From: Candidatus Sulfotelmatobacter sp.
GTDB lineage: Bacteria; Acidobacteriota; Terriglobia; Terriglobales; Acidobacteriaceae
NCBI GenBank assembly: GCA_049684755.1
Contig: JBAVGI010000036.1
Location: 1,571 to 65,570 of the forward strand
DNA length: 64,000 nt
Reading direction: 5' to 3'
The notes below the pieces were generated by a model that saw nothing but the letters and a program-made list of their open reading frames with translations, made no database searches and was not told the origin of the DNA. This document shows, in pieces, positions 43,427-53,939 of this stretch (its first letter is position 1; each line of letters starts with the position of its first letter). The position numbers and the translations under genes are program-made.

Positions 43427-43533
43427 CGCGCGCCGTTCCAGCACAGAGTTTCTGGTGGTCTTTTAATTTCCCGTACCCGCCGCCTTGCGTGGTTATCCCT
43501 GCGCCAGGGGCAAAAATAAGATCAGGAGGAGCA

Positions 43534-43932
43534 ATGACGTTCTACGATCCCACACTCTACGGACGTGATGACGAAGAAGAGTTCGGCGACACCGGTGCCT
43601 ATAGCGAGTCGCTTGAAGAAGATTTTGAAGAAGAAGAGGAGGAGGAAGAAGAAGCGGGGGTTCCCGAACCCGAAATGAGCGAGCCAGCCGCTTCCGCTCC
43701 TCCGCCGCCACCCGCGCCTCGGCCTGCTGCTCCCAGCGGCGGAGGTCCGAAGAAGCCGGCTGCGAAGAAGAAAGCGCCGGCCAAGAAAGCGCCCGCGAAG
43801 AAAAAAGCGCCTCCGAAACCGGCAAAGAAGAAAAGCGAAAAAAAACCCGCTAAGAAGAAGCCCGCTAAGAAAGCGGCCAAGAAAACCGCCAAGAAAACCG
43901 CGAAGAAAAAAGCCAAGAAGGGGCGTCGGTAA
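43534..43932 (+). CDS. Charge-bipolar, low-complexity protein: acidic N-terminus, Pro-rich linker, histone-H1-like Lys/Ala-rich tail.
   Basis: AGGAGGA lies 3 nt upstream of the ATG at 43534. The sequence is MTFYDPTLYGRDDEEEFGD...EEDFEEEEEEEEEAG...PPPPPAPRPAAP...KKPAAKKKAPAKKAPAKKKAPPKPAKKK...AKKTAKKTAKKKAKKGRR. Confidence 0.7.
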   Translation: MTFYDPTLYGRDDEEEFGDTGAYSESLEEDFEEEEEEEEEAGVPEPEMSEPAASAPPPPPAPRPAAPSGGGPKKPAAKKKAPAKKAPAKKKAPPKPAKKKSEKKPAKKKPAKKAAKKTAKKTAKKKAKKGRR

Positions 43933-43953
43933 GCACTAACAGCGAAACTCCAG

Positions 43954-43983
43954 GACCGCGGCGCGGAGCCGCGGTCTTTTCTT
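43954..43983 (+). terminator. Rho-independent terminator.
   Basis: An 8-bp GC-rich stem (gaccgcgg / ccgcggtc) with a 7-nt loop, followed by TTTTCTT, 22 nt after the stop codon. Confidence 0.75.
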
Positions 43984-44035
43984 GCCTGTAAGTGGTCCAG
44001 TCAACTGCGAGGAAAGAGCAGAGCCTCAATACGCA

Positions 44036-44314
44036 TTACTTCTTTCCTCCGACCGCCGCCCTGCACTTCCCGTATAACTCGAGCAACTGGGCTGCGTATT
44101 CGTCTGGTTTCGAGGCCGAGCCGGTGCCTTGAAAGCCCACGCCGGAGGAGGTAGTTCGCCCGTACCCTGTGGTCATCGCTACAAATTTCATCAGATCCAG
44201 CGCGATGTCTTCGTCGCGGCGCGCGCTGGCGTGCAGATTCGATCCTTCTTCCATAAGTCCTTCTCCTGAGCCGGAAATATAGGGGATGGGTTCTTCGTCT
44301 TCCATGTCTTCCAT
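44036..44314 (-). CDS. Hypothetical 92-aa protein.
   Basis: Only the 3' third of the 227-aa track ORF looks coding. The ATG at 44314 is preceded by GGAG. The upstream two-thirds overlap the better-supported membrane-protein ORF in another frame. Confidence 0.45.
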   Translation of the reverse strand: MEDMEDEEPIPYISGSGEGLMEEGSNLHASARRDEDIALDLMKFVAMTTGYGRTTSSGVGFQGTGSASKPDEYAAQLLELYGKCRAAVGGKK

Positions 44315-44391
44315 ACGGCTACTCCAAACAAGCTCCGCAAAAGATGATAGCAGCCCGCGCAGCATCGCGTCGCTTGTTTGCCGGGATGAAC

Positions 44392-44922
44392 CTAGTCGCC
44401 GGTTGGCAATTGAAAATCCACCCGCGCGGTACGCCGCAGTCTTATCATCAGCCAGATGGAAGCCGCGAACAAGAATGGGGAAGAATAGAATCCCGGCGCC
44501 GGCCTGGGGAAAGTTACCGGCGACACGGTGCGTCCCAGGATCGAAAACAGCGTATGTCCCACGCCGTTCAGAAACATGACGACCGAAAAAATCCAGGCTA
44601 GGGGTCGCAGGCCTCGCATTCCCCGCGCCGCCACCGGAGTCAGGCAAAGCAGCAACGTCCATGCTATGATCAGTCCAGTCAGCCACCCACGAAAGTCGTA
44701 CGTGGGCATGGGAAACCACTCCCAGCGCGCCCGCAAAATAGTGACCGTTGGATTATAGACTGATAGAAATCCGGTGGCGGCTTCGTCAAAGATATGCAAG
44801 CCGAAGGCTACGCACAGCGCAAACCACGGACTGCCAAAGCCTGACGCTGAGAGAGATGGCGGCGCTTGCCTCAAGGAGTGGCCCGTCGCGCTTATTCTCA
44901 ATCGCCGATAGAAAATTGGCAA
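44392..44922 (-). CDS. HXXEE-like polytopic membrane protein.
   Basis: About 4-5 TM segments, with LHIFDEAATGF resembling the HXXEE-domain motif. The start is uncertain: only TTG candidates are available. Confidence 0.55.
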   Translation of the reverse strand: MPIFYRRLRISATGHSLRQAPPSLSASGFGSPWFALCVAFGLHIFDEAATGFLSVYNPTVTILRARWEWFPMPTYDFRGWLTGLIIAWTLLLCLTPVAARGMRGLRPLAWIFSVVMFLNGVGHTLFSILGRTVSPVTFPRPAPGFYSSPFLFAASIWLMIRLRRTARVDFQLPTGD

Positions 44923-44955
44923 TCGAAATCGCCGCTGCGCCGCGCACGAAAGTGG

Positions 44956-45363
44956 TCAGCTGGATAATCTTGCAACTTCACTCATCAGCCCCAGCAGATT
45001 TCCTTCGGTGTCGCGAAAAAATGTCATCCACAAATCGTGAGTTGGCATTTTCGCAATCATATGAGGCTCGTCTTCAAAGTACACCCCGCTCTCTTTCAGC
45101 TTTCCATAGGCAGACTGAATATCAGGAACGGCAAAATATAGAACTGAGCTGGGATGATCGAATTCGGGCTTCTCAGCTCGATCCAACATGAGCCGCACTC
45201 CGCCGCAGTCGAAGAATGCCAATCCTGGCGGAGCCTTGAAGAGCAGCTTCAACCCCAGTATGTTCTCGTAGAAATCTGCGGCGCGTTCGACATCTTTTGC
45301 GTTAATGGCGATCTGACCGAGGTGAGTGATTCCGATTCCAGTTGCGCTCGCAGCTGCGCTCAT
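44956..45363 (-). CDS. VOC (glyoxalase/bleomycin-resistance/dioxygenase) family protein.
   Basis: 135-aa ORF with paired beta-alpha-beta-beta-beta module patterns (HLGQIAINAKDVERAADFYENILGL ... EDEPHMIAKMP). Confidence 0.75.
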   Translation of the reverse strand: MSAAASATGIGITHLGQIAINAKDVERAADFYENILGLKLLFKAPPGLAFFDCGGVRLMLDRAEKPEFDHPSSVLYFAVPDIQSAYGKLKESGVYFEDEPHMIAKMPTHDLWMTFFRDTEGNLLGLMSEVARLSS

Positions 45364-45384
45364 ATTTGACCTCCGTGGTCATAT

Positions 45385-45403
45385 TAGTTAGCATAGCTAA
45401 CTA
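45385..45403. promoter_or_regulatory. Perfect inverted repeat TAGTTAGC-ata-GCTAACTA in the MarR/VOC divergent promoter region.
   Basis: Read directly. It is centred in the 46-nt intergenic region between the divergent starts at 45363 and 45410. Confidence 0.6.
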
Positions 45404-45409
45404 TATTCA

Positions 45410-45871
45410 ATGCAGAAAGTCAAGGAAAAGAAATCCGCCTCTCGCCGGAGAACTGTCGCGGTCGCCGACCGGCTTCATTCCGCCGCGATCCATTTGCTGC
45501 GACGCGTGCGCAAGCAGGATGAAGTCTCCGGCGTCGGGCCCGCCCAACTCTCAGCTCTCTCAGTCCTGGTTTTTTCGGGACCGAAAACATTTGGGCAACT
45601 CGCGGCGGCGGAGCAGGTGAAACCGCCCACCATGAGCCGTATCGTCGCCGGCCTCAGGCGCAGCCATCTCATTGAAATAACCGCCGATCCTCACGATGCT
45701 CGCCGCAAACACGTTCAGGCGACTCCCAGCGGTACGCGACTTCTGCAGCGGGGGCGCCAACGGCGGATTCAATATCTGGCGGAACATCTTACGACGTTAA
45801 CTACGACCGAATTATCACAACTTGCCCTCGCTGCCAACATCCTCGAGAAACTTCTACGCGATTGGCGCTGA
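45410..45871 (+). CDS. MarR-family transcriptional regulator.
   Basis: 153-aa ORF with the winged-HTH segment LSALSVLVFSGPKTFGQLAAAEQVKPPTMSRIVAGL. Confidence 0.85.
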   Translation: MQKVKEKKSASRRRTVAVADRLHSAAIHLLRRVRKQDEVSGVGPAQLSALSVLVFSGPKTFGQLAAAEQVKPPTMSRIVAGLRRSHLIEITADPHDARRKHVQATPSGTRLLQRGRQRRIQYLAEHLTTLTTTELSQLALAANILEKLLRDWR

Positions 45872-45927
45872 TTCTGAGAAGAATGGCGTGGTATCTAATG
45901 CGGTAGAATGGCTGCCCACGGGACAAA

Positions 45928-46872
45928 ATGAAAACGAGGACGATCATGCGCAAATTGTGGATTCTCTTCGGCGTCTCGATGCTTGTCGCCGGGTCCGCCG
46001 CTCAGGATCAGGACTTCAGCAAAGTTCAGATGAAGGTATCAAAAGTGGCGGGCAACGTTTACATCTTGATGGGAGCCGGCGGTAATATCGGGGCGTCGGT
46101 TGGCGACGACGGTATCGTCATCGTTGACGACCAATATGCTCCCCTGGCCGATAAGATTCAGGCGGCGCTGAAGGGAATCACCGACAAGCCCGTGCGTTTC
46201 ATCATCAATACCCACTATCATCCAGATCACACCGGCGGGAACGAATACTTCCAAAAGCAGGCGCCCATCATCGCGCAGGACAATGTTCGCAAGCGCCTGG
46301 AGAGCGGCGGAAGCGGCGGCAATGGCGGCTCGATACACATGGACACGAAGCCCGCCCCTCATGACGCATTGCCAATCATCACTTTCGATCACGACGTCAC
46401 TGTGCACCTGAATGGCGAAGATATCCGCGCTCTTTATTTCCCGGCCGGACACACCGACGGCGATTCAGTTATCTTCTTTTCCAAGTCTAACGTTGTGCAC
46501 ATGGGTGATGATTTTGTCACTTACGGGTTTCCTTTCATTGACGTAGAGAGCGGCGGCAGCATCAATGGCATGATTGACGGCGTGGAGAAGGTGATTGCGC
46601 AAGTGCCGGCGGATGTGAAGATCATTCCCGGTCACGGGCCGGTATCGACTCTCGATGACATGCGAGTCTATGTCATTATGCTGAAAGGAACTCGCGATGC
46701 GGTGCAACAGGCGTTGAAAGAGGGCAAGACTCTTGATCAAATGAAGCAGGCGAAGCTGCTCGACCCGTGGAAGAAATACTCCGGAGACTTTGTCACCGAA
46801 GATATTTTCCTCGAGACTTTGTACAACTCACTGGCGGGGCAGAGGACCGGTAAGTTGATCAAGCATAATTAA
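45928..46872 (+). CDS. Secreted MBL-fold metallo-hydrolase.
   Basis: Signal peptide (LWILFGVSMLVAGSAAQ), the HxHxDH motif THYHPDHTGG, and downstream His/Asp ligands. Confidence 0.85.
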   Translation: MKTRTIMRKLWILFGVSMLVAGSAAQDQDFSKVQMKVSKVAGNVYILMGAGGNIGASVGDDGIVIVDDQYAPLADKIQAALKGITDKPVRFIINTHYHPDHTGGNEYFQKQAPIIAQDNVRKRLESGGSGGNGGSIHMDTKPAPHDALPIITFDHDVTVHLNGEDIRALYFPAGHTDGDSVIFFSKSNVVHMGDDFVTYGFPFIDVESGGSINGMIDGVEKVIAQVPADVKIIPGHGPVSTLDDMRVYVIMLKGTRDAVQQALKEGKTLDQMKQAKLLDPWKKYSGDFVTEDIFLETLYNSLAGQRTGKLIKHN

Positions 46873-48444
<1,572 letters not shown>

Positions 48445-48456
48445 GCAATCTGCAAA

Positions 48457-49134
48457 TTATTTCTGCTGCATCACTAGTTCGCCGTTTTCCACCTTCAAGC
48501 CACCTACATTGTCCGGAAGTTTCATCCGATCGCGCTGTTCGGTCAGCTTCTTCTGTAAGGCTGGATTCACCAGCGAAACCGGCACGTTCAGATCGCCCAC
48601 CTTAAATTCTGTCGGCTCGAACGTGGCGTATCCATCTTTCGAGGAAAGATGGCCCGAGACGGTTACCCAGACGTCTTTTCCCGCAATCTCGGTTAGAAAT
48701 TGCCCATGCACCGTGTCGCCATCAAAACTGACTTGCTGATCTTTTATTGTCGGCTGTCCAGTGCCGAGATTGGAATCCGGCGAAAGCTCTCCACCCGCAG
48801 CACCACTTCCAGCGGCTCCCAGAGCCTGAGCCAGCGCGGCGCCTACTTCATCGGAGTTAAGATGAACCTCCGCTTTTGGTTGCAGGTCGGCAGGAATTGT
48901 CGGCGGATTCTGCGACAACGATGGTTGATAATTTCCGCTCGACACTGGTGGAGCTTGTTGCACGGCCTGCTCGAAGTGTTCCATCTTTTGACCAAACGAC
49001 TGAGCGTTGGCCGCGATCGCCGACGGAGTCTGCGGTTGAGCCACTGGTGCCGGTTTTTTCAATACCAGAACAATAGCCCCGAGCGAGGCCACCAGTGTCG
49101 CAATGCTGATGATGCGGTCCAGCTTGATTTTCAT
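48457..49134 (-). CDS. Hypothetical single-pass membrane protein.
   Basis: 225-aa ORF with an N-terminal TM segment (IISIATLVASLGAIVLVL), a Pro/Gln-rich linker and a beta-rich C-terminal domain. Confidence 0.55.
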   Translation of the reverse strand: MKIKLDRIISIATLVASLGAIVLVLKKPAPVAQPQTPSAIAANAQSFGQKMEHFEQAVQQAPPVSSGNYQPSLSQNPPTIPADLQPKAEVHLNSDEVGAALAQALGAAGSGAAGGELSPDSNLGTGQPTIKDQQVSFDGDTVHGQFLTEIAGKDVWVTVSGHLSSKDGYATFEPTEFKVGDLNVPVSLVNPALQKKLTEQRDRMKLPDNVGGLKVENGELVMQQK

Positions 49135-49316
49135 GGAAACTCGCGAACGGTCAGCCCAAGACGGACAGGCCCAACATCATGGTATCGATTGCCGAGCCCG
49201 ACAATCAGATTGCGGAAGTCATGCCCGCCGATGGTACTTCAGTCACTTCGGTTGTGATTGTGTAGGACAGGGTCTCCGACCCGATCATGCGACCGAAGGC
49301 GCTGGTCAATCTGCTT

Positions 49317-50792
49317 TCACTCCAGCTTCTTGGTGAGCAACTCATTCACCAACTGCGGATTGGCTTGACCCTTGGAGGCTTTCATCACCTGGCCGACAAA
49401 GAATCCGATCATGGTCTTTTTGCCGGCGCGGTATTGTTCGAGCTGTTTGGGATTCGCAGCGATGATTTCGTCGATGATCTTTTCCAGCGCGGAGGTGTCT
49501 GTGGATTGTTGCGGGCGTCCCGCTTGTTCGTAGACCTCAGGGAAATCCTGGTTGCGTTCGAAGCTGAGATCGTAGAGATCCTTGAGCATTTTGCCGGAGA
49601 TGGCGCCGCTCTCCACCAAATCGGCGGATGCCGCAACGCCTTTCATCGAGATTGGAGACTGCTCGATCTCGAGGCCTATGGCTTTGAGACGCCCCATTAA
49701 TTCACCCTGCACCACATTCGCCACACGCTTGGGATTCCTGGCGACCTTAGCTGCTTCCTCGAACTGATCTGCCAGCGACTTCGAAATGGTCAGCACCTGC
49801 GCGTCGTATTCGGTGATGCCGTAGTTCTTCACCAGTCGCGCACGCCGCGCTTCGGGAAGCTCTGGTAGAGCCGCAGTGATCTCAGCCTTCCACTTCTCGT
49901 CGACTACGAGCGGAAGTAAATCGGGTTCGGGAAAATAACGGTAATCGTGCGCCTGTTCTTTTGAGCGCATGCTGTAGGTCTTGCCTTCGTGCGAATTGTA
50001 GAGACGGGTTTCCTGCGTGATTTTGCCGCCGGATTCGACCACTTCTATTTGTCGAGCGATCTCGTAGATCAATGCCTCGCGAATAAAACGGAATGAGTTT
50101 ACGTTTTTGATTTCGGCTTTCGTGCCTAACTCACGCTGGCCGCGCGGGCGGATGCTGACGTTAGCATCACAGCGCAGCGAACCCTCCTCCATGTTGCAGT
50201 CGCTGACTCCGGTGTAGAGGATGATTTCCTTCAGGCGGGTGAGATACTCGTAGGCTTCGTCTGGGGTAGCAATATCCGGTTCGCTTACGATTTCGATCAG
50301 CGGCACGCCGGTGCGGTTAAGGTCGATGGCGGTTTTCTCGGAGGCGTCGGGAAAGCCTTCGTGCAGGCTCTTGCCGGCGTCTTCTTCGAGATGAACGCGG
50401 GTAATGCCGATTTTCTTCTTGCCGCCACCGGCGGCCACTTCTATGAATCCATGCTCGGCTAACGGCTTGTCGTATTGCGAAATCTGGTAGCCCTTCGGCA
50501 GGTCGGGATAGAAGTAATTCTTGCGCGCGAAAATTGACGTTTCGTTGACGCGGCAGTTCAAGGCGATCGCGGCCAGCGTCGCGAATTCGACCGCTCTACG
50601 GTTCAGAACCGGCAGCGCTCCCGGCATGCCCAGGCACACAGGGCAAACGTTCGTATTGGGCGGAGCGCCGAAACGCGTGGAGCAGGAGCAGAAAATCTTC
50701 GATGCGGTCAGAAGCTGAACGTGAACTTCGAGGCCGATGACTGGCTCATAGCCTATGCGAGCGGCGATGGAGGCGTCTGCGATGGTCGACAT
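49317..50792 (-). CDS. gatB: Glutamyl/aspartyl-tRNA amidotransferase subunit B.
   Basis: 491-aa ORF with YEPVIGLEVHVQL and KIFCSC...NTNVCPVCLGMPG, and a C-terminal YqeY-like tail. Confidence 0.93.
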   Translation of the reverse strand: MSTIADASIAARIGYEPVIGLEVHVQLLTASKIFCSCSTRFGAPPNTNVCPVCLGMPGALPVLNRRAVEFATLAAIALNCRVNETSIFARKNYFYPDLPKGYQISQYDKPLAEHGFIEVAAGGGKKKIGITRVHLEEDAGKSLHEGFPDASEKTAIDLNRTGVPLIEIVSEPDIATPDEAYEYLTRLKEIILYTGVSDCNMEEGSLRCDANVSIRPRGQRELGTKAEIKNVNSFRFIREALIYEIARQIEVVESGGKITQETRLYNSHEGKTYSMRSKEQAHDYRYFPEPDLLPLVVDEKWKAEITAALPELPEARRARLVKNYGITEYDAQVLTISKSLADQFEEAAKVARNPKRVANVVQGELMGRLKAIGLEIEQSPISMKGVAASADLVESGAISGKMLKDLYDLSFERNQDFPEVYEQAGRPQQSTDTSALEKIIDEIIAANPKQLEQYRAGKKTMIGFFVGQVMKASKGQANPQLVNELLTKKLE

Positions 50793-50915
50793 ACCTCGTG
50801 ATTATACGGTCGGGGGAATTGGTTGGTTAGAGAATAGGTCGAAATCAAGAGCTTGAATCGCGGAGAACACGGAGAACGACCGCTGAGTTCGCAAAGAAGA
50901 CCTTCGTGCGCTCTC

Positions 50916-51548
50916 TTACTTCCCCAATGGAATTTCGAAGTACATCAACTCCGTGCCTTTGGAGTCGTTGACGCCGGTGACGAAAAAGCGTGAGCCTTCC
51001 AACGGCGCATTGACGTCTTGCACGTCAAAGAAGAAAAACCCTGATTGCGTGGCGTGGGGTTCGACGGCTTTGGCGACGAATTGAGAAGTTTCGATTTCGT
51101 CGCGTTCCCTCTGGCTGAGTCCGCCTTTCACTTTTTTCTGCGGGATGGGAACCGGGATTGGATTCGTTTCGTGAGGATTCGAAAGGCGGCGGAAGATATC
51201 TTCGGGCGCAATGGGCGTGAGCTTCGAGCGATTGGCCGTGGTAAGCGTGACCTGCATGTTGGCGATGGAGATGGGCTGGTCTCCGTCATTGGTGACGATG
51301 AAGAAGATGGGGAGCAGTCCGTGTTCGCGAAATTTTATCGAGAATATTTTTGCTTTCTCTGGAGTGTCGTAGGGATCGGCTGCGATGGCTACTTTGTCAG
51401 TAGTGTGATCGTCGTGGGCGGGATAGCTTTTGGCAGGCTGGGCTGCGGGTTTGACAAAATCCTTTGCCGAGAGATGGTCCGCCAGTGATACGACTGCAAG
51501 GGAAAAGATAATGATACGGACAATCCGCCTCTTCAGTATAGGCTGCAT
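50916..51548 (-). CDS. Hypothetical secreted protein.
   Basis: I prefer the ATG at 51548, giving MQPILKRRIVRIIIFSLAVVSLADHLSA as a signal peptide. I recognise no motif. Confidence 0.55.
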   Translation of the reverse strand: MQPILKRRIVRIIIFSLAVVSLADHLSAKDFVKPAAQPAKSYPAHDDHTTDKVAIAADPYDTPEKAKIFSIKFREHGLLPIFFIVTNDGDQPISIANMQVTLTTANRSKLTPIAPEDIFRRLSNPHETNPIPVPIPQKKVKGGLSQRERDEIETSQFVAKAVEPHATQSGFFFFDVQDVNAPLEGSRFFVTGVNDSKGTELMYFEIPLGK

Positions 51549-51659
51549 GTTTTCGATTATAGAAGGATAGCCATCTGTTTGCGGCTTACTCGGAGATGGT
51601 CTGCTTAAATTCTTAAACACGGCGGGCACAGGATAAATCTTTGTTTAGAATGACTGGAC

Positions 51660-52952
51660 TTGATCTCTTCTCTTTACAGCTTTCTCTACAGCGTTGCGCT
51701 GGGCTTGGGGATGTTGGCCAGCCTGCCTTACTGGCTTTTCCAGATGGCGCGCCATGGCAAGTATCGTAAGGGTTTTGCCGAAAGAGTGGGGCGAGTTCCT
51801 GCGCGGCTTCAGTTGGCGGGAGGAAACGATCGGGTAATTTGGGTGCATGCCGTCTCAGTGGGAGAAGTGGCCGCGGTTGCGGGTTTGGTGGAGGAACTTC
51901 GGCGCGGGTCGCGGCACAGAGTTGTCATTTCAACCACTACGGACACGGGGCAGGCACTGGCGCGTAACCGCTTCGGAGAAGCCAACGTTTTCTATTTTCC
52001 CCTGGATTTCGCATTTGCGATTCGTCCCTACCTGAAGGCGCTGCGGCCGCAAATGGTGGTGATTGCGGAGACCGAGTTCTGGCCAAACTTCATACGATTG
52101 ACGCACGCCAGCGGAGCGAGGATTGCAGTCGTAAACGCGCGCATCTCCGACCGGTCGTGGCCGCGTTACCGGCGATTCCGCCGATTGATGCGAAGGCTGC
52201 TGGCGAATGTCGATTTGTTTCTCGCTCAGACTACTGAGGATGGCGCCCGGCTGGAGGATATCGGCGCCGCGCATGAGCGCGTGCGGATCAGCGGTAATCT
52301 GAAATTCGATATTCCCGCGCCAATTCCACCTGCGATTGTCGAAAATATTCGGGCTTCGATCAAAGCCGGCTCTGCCGGTCCGGTGCTGGTATGTGGCAGC
52401 ACGGTCGACGGAGAAGAGCCGCTGCTCCTGAGAGCCTTTGAGAACGTACTGGTGCAATATCCGCGAGCGGTGATGATTCTCGCGCCACGGCATCCCGAGC
52501 GATTTCCTGCTGTGGCGGCGCTGCTGGAGCAAATGTCGATTCGCTTTTGGCCGCGCACGGTGTGGAATGGCGAAGCTGTGAATGGCGGGGTTTTGCTGCT
52601 GGATACAATCGGGGAACTGGCGGCGCTGTATGCGCTTGCCGATATTGCATTTGTGGGGGGAAGTCTGGTGCCACGCGGTGGACACAACATTATTGAACCG
52701 GCGCAGTATGGAGCAGCCATCGTGATCGGCAATCACACAGAAAACTTCCGTGACATCGTGAGCTTGTTTCAAGGCCGGGACGCGGTGCGGATTGTTGGTC
52801 CCGCGGAGTTACCGCTCATGTTTCTTGACTTGCTTGCGAACGAGGAACAGCGGAGAGCTTTGGGCCGGCGTGCAGCCGAAACTATGCACTCGCAGGTTGG
52901 GGCAACCCTGCGCACTGCCGGCGAACTGCAACAACTGCTGGCGCGGCCATGA
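51660..52952 (+). CDS. waaA: 3-deoxy-D-manno-octulosonic acid (Kdo) transferase.
   Basis: 430-aa ORF with a TTG start. The N-terminal hydrophobic helix plus YRKGFAERVG matches the E. coli WaaA N-terminus as I remember it. GGSLVPRGGHNIIEPA lies near the C-terminus. Confidence 0.85.
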   Translation: MISSLYSFLYSVALGLGMLASLPYWLFQMARHGKYRKGFAERVGRVPARLQLAGGNDRVIWVHAVSVGEVAAVAGLVEELRRGSRHRVVISTTTDTGQALARNRFGEANVFYFPLDFAFAIRPYLKALRPQMVVIAETEFWPNFIRLTHASGARIAVVNARISDRSWPRYRRFRRLMRRLLANVDLFLAQTTEDGARLEDIGAAHERVRISGNLKFDIPAPIPPAIVENIRASIKAGSAGPVLVCGSTVDGEEPLLLRAFENVLVQYPRAVMILAPRHPERFPAVAALLEQMSIRFWPRTVWNGEAVNGGVLLLDTIGELAALYALADIAFVGGSLVPRGGHNIIEPAQYGAAIVIGNHTENFRDIVSLFQGRDAVRIVGPAELPLMFLDLLANEEQRRALGRRAAETMHSQVGATLRTAGELQQLLARP

Positions 52953-53899
52953 ACTGGAATCCTCTCTCAACCACTTACGGCGGCGTGGTCGCCGCACGCA
53001 ATGCACTCTACGAACGGCAGTGGTTGCGCTCGCGCCGGCTGCGGGGAGCGGTCATAAGCGTAGGCAATCTTTCGGCAGGAGGTTCGGGAAAGACTCCGTT
53101 TGTGATTTTGCTGGGAGAATTATTGAAGGCGCGCGGCATTCGCTTCGATGTGCTTTCGCGTGGATACGGTCGTAAAACTCACGGCGTGCTCCTGGTTGAT
53201 CCCAGCGGTCTGCCGCAGGATTTCGGTGATGAGCCGCTGCTGATTGCGCGGCGACTGCAAGTGCCGGTGGTTGTGGGGGAAGATCGGTACCAGGCGGGGC
53301 AGTTTGCGGAGACGCGATTCGGTCAGCAGATTCATTTGCTGGACGACGGCTTTCAACATCGCGCTCTGGCCCGCGATTTTGATATCGTGCTGGTGACGCC
53401 GGAGGATGCGCGCGATCGTCTGCTTCCCGCGGGGCGGTTGCGCGAGCCTCTGCGGGCGTTGCGCCGAGCCGATGCAGTGGCATTGGCCAGTGGCGCCGCG
53501 GCGGAATCGTTCCCGCTAGAGGGCATGATCGTCTGGCGCGTGCGCCGCGGAATTGTCGCGCAGAATATCCCCCCCCGGCCTGTGCTCTTCTGCGGGATTG
53601 CGCGTCCACAGAATTTTCTGCTGCAGTTGCGAGCGGCCAATGTTGATCCCGCGGCGCAGGCATTCTTCCGCGATCACCACGCTTACGTCGAAAAGGACAT
53701 TCGAGACTTGCTGGAACTTGCGAAGCGCAGCGAAGCTGACGGCTTTGTTACCACCGAGAAAGATGCGGTTAATCTGGGCGGATATCTGGGTGCGCTGTCG
53801 CCGCTGGTTATCGTCCCGGTCAAGATGGAGCTTGCCGATGCAGCTAACGCTGTGGATACCATGCTGCGCGTGATCGACGAGCGTCGCGTCCGCTCGTGA
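52949..53899 (+). CDS. lpxK: Tetraacyldisaccharide 4'-kinase.
   Basis: P-loop VGNLSAGGSGKTP. Its start overlaps the waaA stop (ATGA). Confidence 0.88.
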   Translation: MNWNPLSTTYGGVVAARNALYERQWLRSRRLRGAVISVGNLSAGGSGKTPFVILLGELLKARGIRFDVLSRGYGRKTHGVLLVDPSGLPQDFGDEPLLIARRLQVPVVVGEDRYQAGQFAETRFGQQIHLLDDGFQHRALARDFDIVLVTPEDARDRLLPAGRLREPLRALRRADAVALASGAAAESFPLEGMIVWRVRRGIVAQNIPPRPVLFCGIARPQNFLLQLRAANVDPAAQAFFRDHHAYVEKDIRDLLELAKRSEADGFVTTEKDAVNLGGYLGALSPLVIVPVKMELADAANAVDTMLRVIDERRVRS

Positions 53900-53939
53900 G
53901 AAAATGCCCTGACGGCCACTGCATGCTGGTACGAATCCG

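Noticed and set aside
44315-44719. The upstream two-thirds of the 227-aa track ORF (44036-44719).
   Set aside because: It overlaps the HXXEE-like membrane-protein ORF in another frame, and that ORF has coherent TM helices. Only the part downstream of the ATG at 44314 (after GGAG) was kept.
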